Shown here: piece after piece, positions 11,385 through 24,680 of the stretch
How the letters are laid out: every line of letters starts with the position of its first letter
Position numbering within the stretch: position 1 is the stretch's first letter
Assembly: GCA_038496445.1 (NCBI GenBank)
Contig: JALMLS010000577.1
Coordinates: forward strand, 744,001 to 808,000
Reading direction: 5' to 3'
Length of the DNA stretch: 64,000 bases
Source of the DNA: Trichosphaerium sp. ATCC 40318
Taxonomy: Eukaryota > Protista > Tubulinea
Program-made: the position numbers and the translations under genes
Notes under the pieces: model-generated
Databases searched by the model: none
What the model saw: the letters and a program-made list of their open reading frames with translations, nothing else
Told to the model about the DNA's origin: nothing

Positions 11385-14300
11385 ATGCGTCTTATTCTGT
11401 TTATAGCATTGGCTATATTTATTACAATAATAACAAGAGGTAACCAATGCACATACCATTTTTAAGACAAAAACAAAGGAGAATTCGACAAGTTGCAAAA
11501 AACCGTTTTTGTCCAGACATTGTTTTAACACGTTTCTTTAGCGTCTGCTACTGTTACATGCCTTAAAGGAATCCCACCTTTTTTGCTAAGAGGCAGACAA
11601 TATTGCGTTTCACCTAGTAACTATACAGAGACATGGAGAGGTTCGTGTTTGATAATAACTACAAAACATCATTTTTAGAATTCAAAACAAAAAAGTTACC
11701 AAAAAACCAAAAAAACTACCAAAATTACAACCAACGGAAAAACCTTGTGTTCTATATACGCTTATATAGGTTCACTTAGGCGCTCATCGCAATTGCAAGT
11801 CTTTGGGTGATAAATGGCATCTCGCATCGCTCGTTTCGAAAGAAGACCACAAGTACGGTAGAAACTACTTAAAGCGCCTTCATTAACATATAGTAGATAT
11901 CTATACAAGCATTTGAAAGCAAATAACCGAAATGCAGCCTTCTGGCTTGGAGTAAGATTTCATCAAAACGGACAAGCACAAAGACCGTGTGGAACCTTTT
12001 TCGAACCTTATGCATACAACAACGCAGAGATTTCAAAAGAACCTACTAAAGTTAGTTGTTGTGGGCTTATGGACACAACTTCATCCCAACTCGGTCTAGC
12101 TGGTGACTATGGTGCATGGCTCAGAACACCTTGTGTGGAGCGACACCATTATGTTTGTGGTTCGTCCTTTTTTCTTACTTCTAAACAAACATTCCATTTT
12201 ACCCACTTCTTTCCTCTTTTTAACTGTAAACGCCGAGGCGGTTTATTTACTGGTTGCTTTTAGAAACAGTTTCTGTTGCAAATGGATTATCTATACACAA
12301 GAGAAACCTCCTACAGACCTCACCATCTACTGAACCACCTACAACTGGTACTTGATCGATTGTTTATATCTTTTTCCACCTAACTGTACTAGATGCACCA
12401 ACTACAGAGGCTCCAACCACAGAAGCGCCAACTACAGAGGCTCCAACAACGGATGCACCAACCACAGAGGCTCCTACAACTGAAGCCCCTACGACTGAAG
12501 CTCCAACCACAGATGCGCCTACAACCGAAGCTCCAACGACAGAAGCACCAACTACTGCTGCTCCAACAACTGAGGCTCCTACCACTGGTACTTAATCGAT
12601 ATAATTTTTAACTTTCTCCTCCTAACAGTGATAGATGCACCAACTACAGAAGCACCTACAACAGCTGCACCTACAACAGAAGCTCCAACCACAAATGCAC
12701 CTACGACTGAGGCGCCAACAACAGATGCTCCTACCACTGAAGCTCCGACAACTACAGCACCAACTACAGAGGCTCCTACAACAGAGGCACCTACAACTGA
12801 TGCTCCAACAACGGAGGCTCCTACCACTGTAGCGCCTACTACAGATGCTCCTACCACTGATGCACCAACAACAGAGGCTCCTACAACGGAAACGCCAACT
12901 ACTGAAGCCCCAAGTACTGACGCTCCATCTACTGCTGCTCCAACAACAGAGGCTCCAACTACTACTGAGCCTACGACTGAGGCACCAACAACTGAAGCTC
13001 CAACTACGGATGCTCCTACCACTGAAGCTCCAACTACAGATGCTCCTACTACAGAAGCACCTACAACCGAAGCTCCTACGACTGAAGCACCAACTGAACT
13101 TCCAACTACTCAAGCTCCAAGCACCGCATCACCAACTACCGCATCTCCTACAACTGGTAAAGCAACTACTGCATCACCAACCACTGTTCCAACGACTGCG
13201 GCCCCAACTACGGCCTCCGACTACTGCAGCTCCTACGGACGCTCCTGTAGCACCTACAACAGTTCCATCTAGTGCTCCTATGTTACCAACAGCAGCACCT
13301 ACAGAAGTACCTTTCCCAGACGTACTGCTCTCTTTTTGTAACACTGAAACATTGCTAATTTTAACAAGATTTTACCTCGGCTTGATTGTGTTTCTGATAA
13401 TGGCGATGGTACTTTCACTGCTCATTTGGGATGGACTGTAGATACAATCGTGACAGTACCAATTGGTGACGATAACGTTATTGTGCCTACGCCTTCTAAA
13501 AATCAACCAACAGTGTTTGCAGAAACAGCTCCTTTCTATCCTTCTCCAGGTTTGTACGAGCTCGTTTTTTCTGGCGTTTCAACCACGTGGACATTGGGTG
13601 TACGTCAGTTCATTTTACTGATTTAACAATGGTCTAACGTTCTGTATCAGCGTGGAGAAGTTACTTTTGTAGGAGGTGATAATGCAACTGCATGTCCAAG
13701 CACAGGTAAGCGAAAATGCTGGGAAGCATTTTTTTGTTTTATCACGTGTTCTTTGTTAATTTGATATTATCAGACTTGAAAGTATCAATGACACTTAGTG
13801 TCGCATTTCCTGCACCAGATAATGTTGTTCAAGAAACTGGTTTGGCAATCTTGAACGAGATGAACTTGACATCTAGTGATGCCAATATTACTCAAGAGGA
13901 GGTAACCTCTTCGAAGCGTCAATCAGGAACTCGTGTTGTGACCACAATTATAAGCAGTGGTGGTAAGATTTCTATGATGTTGTTTTGCGCTGTGAGGAGG
14001 AGTTCAACGCTGACTTTGTTATAGGAAACGGTGTTACACCATTAAAGCTCGTTCAATCTTATTTGAGTGATAATGCTGCCATTGCTAGAACGACATCAAC
14101 CGTACAGAGTAACGGACAAACAGTTGTGGTACAAAGAAGATTGCAAAGCTGTTTTTTTCTTCTGACGGATACTTGTAGAGCGGAGCTGCTGCTGTGCCTC
14201 CACCAACAGTTATTACCCCAACAACTAGGACCCCGGCACCTACTGTAGCACCTACGGTAGCACCAACATCAGCGGCAGCAGGCACAGATGCGCCATCATC

Positions 14301-14860
14301 TTCAAATCTTCCTCTGATAATCGGTGTTGGTCCGTAGTACCTTTTTTGCCAATCTGTTTGTACTAAATTTTGCTTTAGTTGCCGGTGTTCTTGTAGTTAT
14401 TGTCATTGTCGCAGTATTAGTATACTTCTTGGTAATACGTAAAGGCAGTGATAGCTCAGAAAAGGAGGATAAGAGTAGAGTCGATGCACCAGTACCATCT
14501 GGTACTGTAGAAGAACGTCCTGCTGATTCCTCTGATGGAGAAGAATCTGAAACTGGCAGTTCTTCAGATGAAGACTCTGAAGATGAGTTCGAATCTGGCG
14601 ATGAAGATGATGATACTGACTATGGTGATGACAGTAGTAGCTATGATGATGATGAGTCTAGTGGATCAGAATTGATATCTTCTACAGATAGCCAGTCATA
14701 TGATGAAGACAGCTCAAGTGTCGAAGATAGTGAATCTGGAAGTTACAGTTCTGACACTGGTGGTGATGGAGAAAGCTCTAGCTATGAGAGTGAATCTCAG
14801 GATACTGCTAGCTCTTCATATGAAGAAGCAAGTTCTTCTTATGAGAGTGCTGAGAGTTAA
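11385..14860 (+). CDS. Type I membrane mucin-like protein: signal peptide, C-type lectin domain, (T-E/D-A-P-T)n stalk, beta domain, SEA-like region, TM helix, acidic Ser-rich tail
   Basis: Signal peptide MRLILFIALAIFITII. CTLD motifs TWRGAHRNC...HLASL, FWLG and WLRTPCVERHHYVC. APTT repeats, TM VLVVIVIVAVLVYFLVI, Asp/Glu/Ser tail. One apparent +1 frameshift at about 13214. Confidence 0.8.
12393..13300 (+). repeat. Coding 15-bp tandem repeat (TEAPT/TDAPT mucin array)
   Basis: Dozens of degenerate ac(a/t)ga(a/g/t)gc(t/a)cc(a/t)ac units, interrupted by an intron. Confidence 0.95.
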
Positions 14861-16077
14861 GGAAACAAAAGAAAAAAAAGAAGTAATTGCTGGTTAATTT
14901 CTTCCGACTCTGTAAACCGATACTGTAAATAAAACACAAGCTAAAGGTCATATTTAAATTGATGATTGCTGCCATGAGAAAAGCGAAAGGAAATTATGAG
15001 TGATTTTGCTAAACCGTTTCTTTTTGTTGCCCTTGTACTTCTTTGCGCGTAGAAAATGGTATTTGTGATACGCCAAATGGCGAATGGGATTTTAAACCGT
15101 TTTTACGTACATCGTTTCCGCGAAAGCTTTGGAGTGCTTCAACCAATTCATTTCAAACAACCGAAAGCACTACTAGCTACAACGAGAGATCCACACAAGG
15201 ATTTCAGTTTTCTGTGCTTTCCTTATCTAGTCAAATACTAAACAGGTAGAATCCAAGAACGTATTTTTGCAATGGACAACAGCATTCGTTTTGAAAGATC
15301 AATCTACTTTTAATAGCTATTTAGCCTACGAAAGTACATTGGGCACTGTTTCCTACGCGTGGAGAAGCGCATAAGGTAATTTAGAGGTATTTTTGAAGCA
15401 AAACAACTAGTTTAAACTAATGTATCACTGTCAAGAATTTACTTCCTACCAAGCAGTGTTATATGTAGCAAAAGCGTGAGCGGAGAAAGGCTGTAGTACC
15501 AGTTGCTGCTGTCTAAAGGAAATGAAAGGCGTTGCCACGTGTGAAGTGGCTTGAACAGGCTCGTTTACAGCTAAAGTAAAAATAACTTAATTTTAACCTA
15601 ATTCAGGTGACCTTTTTCAGGAAGTATTAGCGACTACGGACAAACGTTCTTTGAAGATGGAAATAGCTTCTACATAAAAATCAATGACGCCATAAGTCAA
15701 AAACAGAAGTACTCTAAAGTTTTATTAAAACCCACTAAACTGATTTCCTGAGTTCTTTTTTTCAAATTAAACACTTGCTGTTGTATTTCCTAAACCTCTG
15801 TTATCACGATTACTCAGTTTTATCAGACTATTGTTGACGTCAAGAAAGTTTTATCGAAAAATCGATCATTTTTTTTTGTTTTTTGTACAAAAGTCAGTGA
15901 AGTAGCATCACCTTACCAGATAGTGAACCACCACACTACGCCCATAATTAAATACTACGTTATAATTTCTTGGTTACACCGTATACATACCGGAGAGTAC
16001 TAATTACAATTTTAATTGTAATTTTGATTTAAAAAAGAGACCCAAAAAAAAATAAGCATTTATATAACTATCACGTG

Positions 16078-17314
16078 ATGCGTCGGTTCACGGTAATGAA
16101 TGGTCGATCAAGGGCAGGATCATGCCCGCCAATGTTTATAGTACGCTCTTCATGTACAATTAATAGAGGACAGCAAAAAAGAACCTTTTAGGATCCTTCT
16201 TCAGCTGTATTGATTTTTACACTTTTTAAGGACTCTGATGCGCCTGCGCCTGGAAGTTTGCCACCAAAGCCGAGGTTCAAGACAAAAACGGCAACAGAGA
16301 GACATACAATAGGTCCTTTACGTGGTAGTACACCTGTGACATCAAAAGAGAAGCCTAAAGTTGTAACTGAGAAGAGTAGTTCCGGTATAAAGTCTGTTGA
16401 TTGTATCGAAGAGAAGGTACGAAAATACGTCAACCCAAACCAAAACATGTGTTTTTTGTATGAATTACAGTAATAGTCACGTGATGATATCATACCGTAC
16501 TTAGGATAATAGTATATATTTCTAATGCGATTAGGTTGTCGTTCCTCCACAAGAAACTGTAGATAAGCTATTTGCTGTGTTGGCCGTAAGCGCTTTTTTT
16601 TGTTTTATTTTTTTATAAATGGATATTGGTTTCGGCGCTGTTTTCTTACTCCCTATTGCAGAGGAAGATTAAAATGAACTATGAAACAACACAAGAATTT
16701 ACTACAGGTGAGAGAAAATTACATACAAAAATCAGTCTCCCTTATGTCTGTTGGAGCGTTTTAAAAACGTTTTTTTTGCGACAAGGTGTATGTTATTTTT
16801 TTTTCTGATGTCTTTTCGTCTAGAAAAAAAATGGACTCTGCTGGTTCAGTATGAAGCACTGTATTCAAAAGACGTCTCGGCTACACAAACGCCGTCACTA
16901 TCAGACAGTGAAGCTGGTAAGTCATGTGTTTTAAGATTGCCCTCACGTGGAAAACGTGAGGCAAAAAAAAGTTTTACTGTTTCTTTCTAGCAATCAATTT
17001 GCTCATATTTCATAGATTTGTCTTCCCTTTCAAGTGAAAGAATGATAACATTAGAAGAAGAAAACAAAGCCTTAAAAGAAATGCTTAAAAAACTACAGAA
17101 TAGAATGGATCGCAGTGAAAGATTAATAAGAAGATTAAAGAAAGAAAATGCAAGACAGAAAAAGCAGTTGAATTATATGGACCAATCTAAACCGAGACAG
17201 TATCGTGTTAATAGTGATAAAAGAAGAAGGAAATTTACAGTAACAGGTGAAGGAAATGGCAATGGCGAACGATCAAGTCCTCGCCAATTAAAGAAGCATG
17301 CTTCTGTGAAGTGA
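16078..17314 (+). CDS. Hypothetical protein with C-terminal coiled coil
   Basis: Spliced exons including ORFs 16210 and 17018 (LEEENKALKEMLKKLQNRMDRSERLIRRLKKEN). Confidence 0.55.
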
Positions 17315-17761
17315 AGCAGATCTTGCTTTTTTTTTATTATTGATTATTGGCGATCCCCTTTTTTAGTTTATTTAAAAGGATCCCTTACGAAAAGGATCAA
17401 ACACACGTGTAGTATAGCAAACGAACGTTTTGTTTTTTTTGAAACGACGAAATCGCCGCACCAGATGCTTAAAGAAGGGGTTAGATATCGTTTTTATGTA
17501 CAAACAACTTGAAAAAAAACCTAATTGTTAATGCTGTGCGTGTTTAATTATTGATTAGTACTTCATTACTGCATTTACTTTTATCTAATACACAGATGGA
17601 TTAAGGCCGCTACTATACTAAGCGTACCTTGCTATAGATAAACAAAAATCACGTGACTAGGACTACAAAACGTAACTTAGTTTTTTTTTGAAGTGACTTA
17701 TTTTATACCCAGTTTAAGTCGTTTGCACTGGTCGAGTAGCGTTGCTGATCATCAAAACAGC

Positions 17762-18786
17762 ATGGGTGAGTTAGTTGTATGGAATGCGAGGGTACATTAC
17801 TGTTATCCGTGGCAATTGGAGTTCAGGGACTTTATTGTATTTGATAGAGTGTACCGTATCAACCAGACGCCTAAAAAATCGATTGGAAGTGTTGCGTGGG
17901 ACACAGTATGTGAAAAAGGTGTATTGTACCTGTAATAACGTAATATCGTAGTGTTGGATCCTTAGCAAGCTCTTGGAGAACAAAGAAGTTGTTGATATCA
18001 AAGATAAACGTGTTATTGAATTAGGTGCCGGAACGGGCTTAGTGTCCATCGTAGCAGGTTCTCAAGGTACGTTACACCCGTCCAGGAGGTGATATACCTC
18101 CAAATACCACACCATAGCTAATAATGTTCAGGAGCAAAAATAATCGCCACGGACCTTCCAAGTGAAATAGAACTACTACAGAAGAACGTCACAGAGAATC
18201 TTGATGAAAAACAGCAAGAAAACGTATCAGTACAAGCTCTTGAATGGTAGTCAAAGTCAACAATTAAAGCAACGGTCTGTGTCTAATAACTTGATAGGGG
18301 AAACACAGAACAGCTTGATAAGCTTGATGATACTGTATTCGATTATATACTATGCTCAGATGTTGTTTATATACCAGAGACATTCAAGGATTTACACAAG
18401 ACGCTCATGAGACTTTGTCGTACGAATTTTTTTTTTTTGCAACTGAAATTCAACGTGTTTGGACTTTTTCTCAAATTGTAGTGTTGATTGACGTCTATTG
18501 TTTGGTTTCTGTGTATTTATAGTATTAATACATGTATTAGGTGATACTACAGTTATTTATATGGCATATAAGAAACGTTATCACAAAGAAGAAAAGTTTT
18601 TTCATATCATTAATCCTGACTTTGATGTTGAGCGTGTAAGTTCCACGTGCTATTGTTTTTTTTATTTTGTGTAGTGCGCAACATAATCTCATATTTATTT
18701 AGTTACCTCAAACTATGCTTCCAAAGGATTTCCATAATGACTTTTCATTTTATTTGATCAAGATTACAAAAAAAAAGAAGAGTTAG
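17762..18786 (+). CDS. METTL21/family-16 protein-lysine methyltransferase
   Basis: IGSVAWDT|CWILSKLL, KRVIELGAGTGLVSIVA, IIATDLP, ALEWG, DYILCSDVVY and YMAYKKRY. Confidence 0.88.
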
Positions 18787-19044
18787 TTACAGAAAACTGT
18801 TGCAATGTTTTGTTTTTTTTGCTGTTGGTATTATATTTACAGCGTATTCTATTGAAGTAGTAGCTGTCTTGTTAACACTAGTACCACAAAACACGTTGTA
18901 TGTTGATATAGCTTGTTCGTGGTGCACTTGCCTTGCGCCTCATTGTGTATTACTACAATTTAGTTAGAGTCTTCTGTAGTTCATCATTACTACTACACCC
19001 TACTTTAGCAAGCTGTTCTTGATGGTAAACTGTGAACTAGGTCA

Positions 19045-19891
19045 TTAAATTACAGTTTTATTAACATTGTTGTTCATGCCTGTGGCGTTCAAGAATACCT
19101 AAATAACACAAAATAAGTCAGCTCTTTCTGGACAAAGAGAGTCTATTGTTTACAACATCAGACTTTATATTGGACATGATTTCTTTAGCAGATCTACCAT
19201 CAACTTTACAGCCTTTGTATAGTTGTAAGAGCGGTACAAATGTTTCATGTCAAAGCACAAAAAACCCCAAAAACATTTCTATTTATAAATTGAATGACAG
19301 TACTTACCCATTGACAAACAACTACCCAGAATTTCATAAACAACACCAGAAAACTCTTTAGCTAGTGATTTAAATCTCATTGCCCTTGCTACATTATATA
19401 GTTCATCAAGTGTGATACCCTCTAAAGAATAAAGTCGTGAGCAAAAGTACAAAAACAAAAAACTAACAAAAGTGTAGTAGCCTTTGCCATTTGGTCTACG
19501 GATTGTTCTCAACACAAAAGCTGAAGCCGTAGGTACAACTTCGCATACAGACTGTCTATTTTGCACTGTAACCTTGCAGATAATGCGAATACCCTTCCAC
19601 TCTGTTGAAACATTCGCAATATTTTCTGATACTAGCCTTGGGGACTACATAAAGTTACAAATGGTGAGTAGCATTATGTCCAATCTGGATAACAAGCAAG
19701 TTGTATTCCAGATTAGTCGCTAATGTTCAGAATGTGCTTACTATGCCAAGACTACCAAGTTTTGGAGCCAATATAGCGCTATTTGGAGCCTCACCACCAT
19801 ACGCGCGGAAATATACTATAAATGTTAGTTTTGTAGCTTCACTTTGATTCGTACGTTCATGTACAGTCGTAGGATCGAACTTTGGAGGCAT
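19045..19891 (-). CDS. RPL12: 60S ribosomal protein L12 (uL11), divergent copy
   Basis: MPPKFDPT...GGEAPNSAILAPKLGSLG...WKGIRIICKVTVQNRQ...VVPTASA...ITLDELYNVARAMRFKSLAKEFSGVVYEILGSCLSMGCKVDG. Confidence 0.9.
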
Positions 19892-21899
19892 GGTTCAAGG
19901 TAGTGCTAATAAGCTTATGTTTTTAAGTTTTGCTAAAAAAATACAAAGTATCAGAGAAAGTCAATGTGGTGCAGGATTTGTAGGTTGAGTTCTTGAAAAT
20001 TAAAACAAAATTCTGTACTTTGCTAGCATACTCAAGACAACTTGAAGTGCCATAAGCTATACCTTTGCAGAGTTAATTTGAGTAATAGCCTCAATTCACT
20101 TTGTTTGACCCTTAATTACCGCCCGCTTACCCTTGTAACAACTGGTACTGCGTAATGGATCCTCTACGTTTATTCGGCAGTTGTTTGCTGAATCTATTTT
20201 AACGTAGTTAAGAATTTGTTGAGTGTTTTAAGTGAAGCGTTTCTAATACATCTACTTCTTGAGATTAAACAATACTGAACTTGACTGTTGTTGAGTATAC
20301 AAAAGTCACCTTTTACGTGATCGCATATCAAAGCAATTAAGACATATTTGAGCGCCTCAAATGTACATCTTTTATGTTTTTGTTGTAAAAAGCTATTGAA
20401 AAGGTAATTCTTGCTTTTTTCTTACTATGTTTGGGTTTTGATTACCTAAGTTTCGGGGTGAGCTAGCACCTACTCTAAATGTTAATACTCTTGAGTAGTG
20501 ATTTATCATACAGAAACAGATGTTTTGAAATTAATAAAGTGTACAAAAAGATACGTGTACTTTCCTCTTGGTACAGAAGTTCAAGGAAATAAATAGATAT
20601 CAGTTTTTGTAACCTAGCCGTGTTTATCTATGACTTTTGTTTATCTATTGATATCAAATCATCGCCATTTTCTGAGCACCATAGGTATTTAGTAGAGACT
20701 TTATCATGTACATTGAAAACATCGCTTTATGGTGATAGTGTTTCGGTACGCATGTTTGAGAAAGGAAAGGAAGATGGTTGATATTTTTCCAGGAGAACCA
20801 CCGTGACTACCAATAAGTCCACTGCACGCATTGTTGGGCCTCTTGTGTAATTAAGTATTGCGTTGGGTTGTTGTTTTGGGAAGATTGGTATAGCGTAGGG
20901 GTAAAGAGATTCACACTTGGTGTGATCTTCCCAACGTACGCATCGGAAGAAAACATGAAGGCCTTTGGCCTTCTTTATTTCAGTGGAGTCGGTACATCTA
21001 AATCTATATTTAAAATAAAGTTAGTCAGCGTCCTATTTTTTCCGGGTAAAAATCAAAAATTTCAGTACAAAACAATAAGTTTCTCCCTTCAAACATAAGT
21101 AAGATATTCCTCATTCTAGTATAAGGAATACACAGTATTAGGCACGCGGATTAGATACTCAGATATGCTGTTACTTGTTAGCTTACACGCATTTCTCACT
21201 ATTTTTGCCTCTGATATTGTAAAACAATTTTGGGAAACTAGAGCACGCTTTCATCTCTCACTACTTACACACCATCTACTAGACATATTTTCCTTATATT
21301 ATCTCTCATAAGAAACGTACAAGTCATGTTTGGAGTTTACAGCGGGCTGATTTGTTTTTTGTTAATGTAATGTTGTTTTTAATTTTGCTTTTCTAGCTTT
21401 CCATTGTAACTTTTTTTTTGCAAATTTGGGATACACAGGTTTTGTTACCAGTTGAGAACAAGTGTTGTTTCTCAGGTAGACTGAAAATTATTTCTATGTT
21501 TGATCTTTATCAAACTCTATTGCACTTATAGAATTAACATCGTACTCTTAGTCACCATCACCCAAACGCAGATGGGTATACGTGTTAATGTCAAAGGCTT
21601 GTTGTATTAACTATAACTCATTTATACTTTCATCGATGTTTTGTCAATGACTCCAGGTCAGACAAATCATGTTGGCACATCAGTTTTTTCAGTTTTTTTC
21701 CACAATCTATATTTTTCTGTAGGCCAACACCAGTGTATACCTATTGTGACATTAACGGTCCAACATTAGAGTATTAATATGTTTGCTTTGAACTACAGCT
21801 TTATATAAAATTATGTACCATATGTGACGTCAATATTGAGTTTAAACACAAACATACACAACAAGTAAGAATTGATGTGAAATGAGCATCTCCCATTAG

Positions 21900-22450
21900 T
21901 AAAATGCAATCTTATATAATGAGCGTCTACAACATAGTGTTGGTGCTTGTATACAAACATCAAGTAGCCTGTGGAATATAGGGATGGGGACTGAGAATGT
22001 TCAAATGTAGAAGCAAATTGTGAATTTTTTGAGAAAGGATAGTCTCCGTTTACCACTCACGAAAAAAATTTGCACCACTTCTACTACTATGATTTCCTTC
22101 CTCATTATACATGTAGTGCTGGTGATATGGAGCTGTAGCACAAACGCTTCTCTGAGCATAGAAATATACCACTTTTTACTCTTTACATGAGGATGCCACA
22201 AGTGTAATAAATACAGTATTAGCGCCTTTCCTGGATATATTCATTGCAAACGTCAACTTGCCCAGTATCTCACTTATCATGAATGATTTGTACCGAATTG
22301 GGACACATTTTGAATCATGGGATACAAACTTATGGAGTCAACTCCAAATACAACCACAAAAAACTAAAAATGTGATCAACAATTTTGGTGACATCACATT
22401 CTCAGAGTGTAAAACCTGAATGTTGCAGACTGGCTCACTATATTTCCTAA
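21900..22450 (+). mobile_element. Possible highly decayed IS630/Tc1-like transposase remnant
   Basis: Intronless, CpG-poor stretch. Broken frames give I*GWGLR (cf. YGWS.RG) and YLTY..NDLYRIGTHFESWDTNL (cf. YLPPYSPDLNPIE..FS.WK..L). No terminal inverted repeats identified. Confidence 0.22.
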
Positions 22451-24141
22451 TGACTCAGGTGTAGCAAGAAATATAGCGCATATGTACATCTTTGATTTTG
22501 TGGCCCAGTTTTAATGCTAATGTTCACACCCGAATCTTAAATCACTGTTTACGGCTTTGTGAATTTTAACAAACAATTATTTGATACTGTCAACAACCTC
22601 TCCTCTATGTTAAATTTCATACACTAAGTGGTTGGCCCAAAAAGTTGTGACACTTTTTTTTTCGGTGATTTATCGAAAAGTGTACGCTGAAATTATTTTT
22701 CTTTTTATTCTCACTTCATGTCATAGGCAGCTTGAGTTCTGTTTTAGCCTGATTGTTCTTTAGCCGTGTAGCGCCCAGCTATTTCGGTTGGAAATGTAAC
22801 GCTTGGCAATGCTAAAAGCTTGGAATTGTATGAAAACTAAGAAAGTGCGTTTCTCGACCGTTTGTGTCGCAAATGTCTCTGCACACATTAATACGCACTT
22901 TCAAAAGCGGAAAAAATAGGGCAACCCGGAAAGAATAGGACCGTGACTAAGTATTGTTATTTATATAGTAGCTACTGAATTAACTAAAGTGGTATTTATA
23001 ATAAGCTTGTTTTTGATATGATTAATGAAAGGTTACGTAGCTTTGTGAACCTCGACAATTTTCTTTAGCGTGGTATATGTTGTTAAGTACCATGGGTAGT
23101 TATTGTAGGTAGGGTACGTACGCATGTTTTTTTGTACTTTGTCGTACCTTTCTTCTTGTTTCTATTCTAGCAAAGTTCTCTCGTAAGCCTACGCGTAGTA
23201 GAAGCGCTCAAAGCGTTATTATCGTTTAGTTTCGGTAGTGATGACCAATATTTCAGGTAGTGAGACTTCTTTTGTTTCATTAGCACAAACTTGACTACAC
23301 GTGACCAAAAGTCAAATTTGGTTTTCGCTGTTTTGTGGAAATGATGTTTCAGCGGTTTTGTCATTGTAAGCATTCTCGCCTGTGATATACGCAACTTGGT
23401 CGATAGCGTTAACTGATACACGCACTAAAGAAGTTTTGGTTGAACAGTTAATTGTATAACAGTTACGACCGTCTAAGCATCGTACCTGCTGTCGTGGGTG
23501 CATTTAAAATGTACCAAGCAATTGGTAGCCTTGTAAACAGTTGGGAAAAGTGTACGTACTCGTAAGAGCGCTGGATGTACGTTCATACTAATGAATTAAC
23601 AAAGGGAACGTAGTTTTATTGTAAGCAATTCGATGGACGGAGAAGACCTGGTATCAATAGAGGAGTCTCCAAGGACGATACCATACATTCTGAAATTAGG
23701 TATGACCTTTCAACGTTTTGTTGTGTTGTCACGTGACATTCGAAAAAGTAAACGTGGTCTATTTCTGTACATCCAAGTAGGCAATACGGTATTGCTGATG
23801 TCAGAGGAAGACAAATTACATTCGTTGGTAGCGCCAATGGCGCTTAGAAAGGTGCTAAATTGTCAGGTGAGAACTTTTTGGAAGCCTGTTCGTTATGACC
23901 ATTGACAACTACGTAGGGCAGTCTGGCTGGACTCAGTGGTATAAATTATAATAGGCGCTTTGATACAGTGATCTAGAGCTGTAGTAAACTAGTGGTGGTA
24001 CGTGGCTGCGAAAAACTGCGTGCTTATAATATTGCCGGTTCAATGCAGACTTTTGCAACGCACTCACGTGCAAAGAAAACTTTCACACGCGCATAGTTAA
24101 TTTTTATCTTTTTATAGAAATACACAATTACTGTTTGGTTA

Positions 24142-24680
24142 TTATAAGGATGCCGCCCACGTCACTGAGTCTAAGCAGACGTAAAAATCGAATGAAGGGA
24201 TCTTCACGTTAAACTGTTGGCCGCTATGAGTCCAAATCCATTCAACATTAAACGGTGTAGATAAAACATCTTGTACTTCATCCCTAACGGCCCACCATTT
24301 TTCTAGCTCAGTGTATCTTATTTTATATCTCCACTGACGCCCTCTTTTTCGCGAATCAAGCATATGCACCCATCTAATTAAATTGAATAAAAACTACGAA
24401 CAGAAGAAAAAAAAGGAAACAATAAAGAGTGTACTTCTCATCCGTACCTGGCTAGTGACCTATACGTGCTATATTCGCATGTCGGTTTTTTGAACTTCCT
24501 AGACGTGAATAGAGACATCCCAAGCATGAATTGGTCATGATTTCTACATAAATTAGCACGTGCCAAAGTAGTATTTAGAAAAAAGTGAATTGTTAGTTTT
24601 TATCTATTTTCTCAGGTTGCCCTGTTCTGCCAGGGCACACCCTGAACAAAAACGCTGAACCTGATGCAGACAGCAAACAT
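24142..24680 (-). CDS. Small hypothetical protein, possibly chromo-like barrel
   Basis: The last exon WVHMLDSRKRGRQWRYKIRYTELEKWWAVRDEV loosely resembles the chromodomain pattern ILD.R...G..YLVKW. Splice signals lie upstream. Confidence 0.3.

Noticed and set aside
12364-13113. Minus-strand VVGAS-repeat ORFs and alternative-frame Q/L-rich ORFs
   Set aside because: Shadow frames of the TEAPT mucin repeat.
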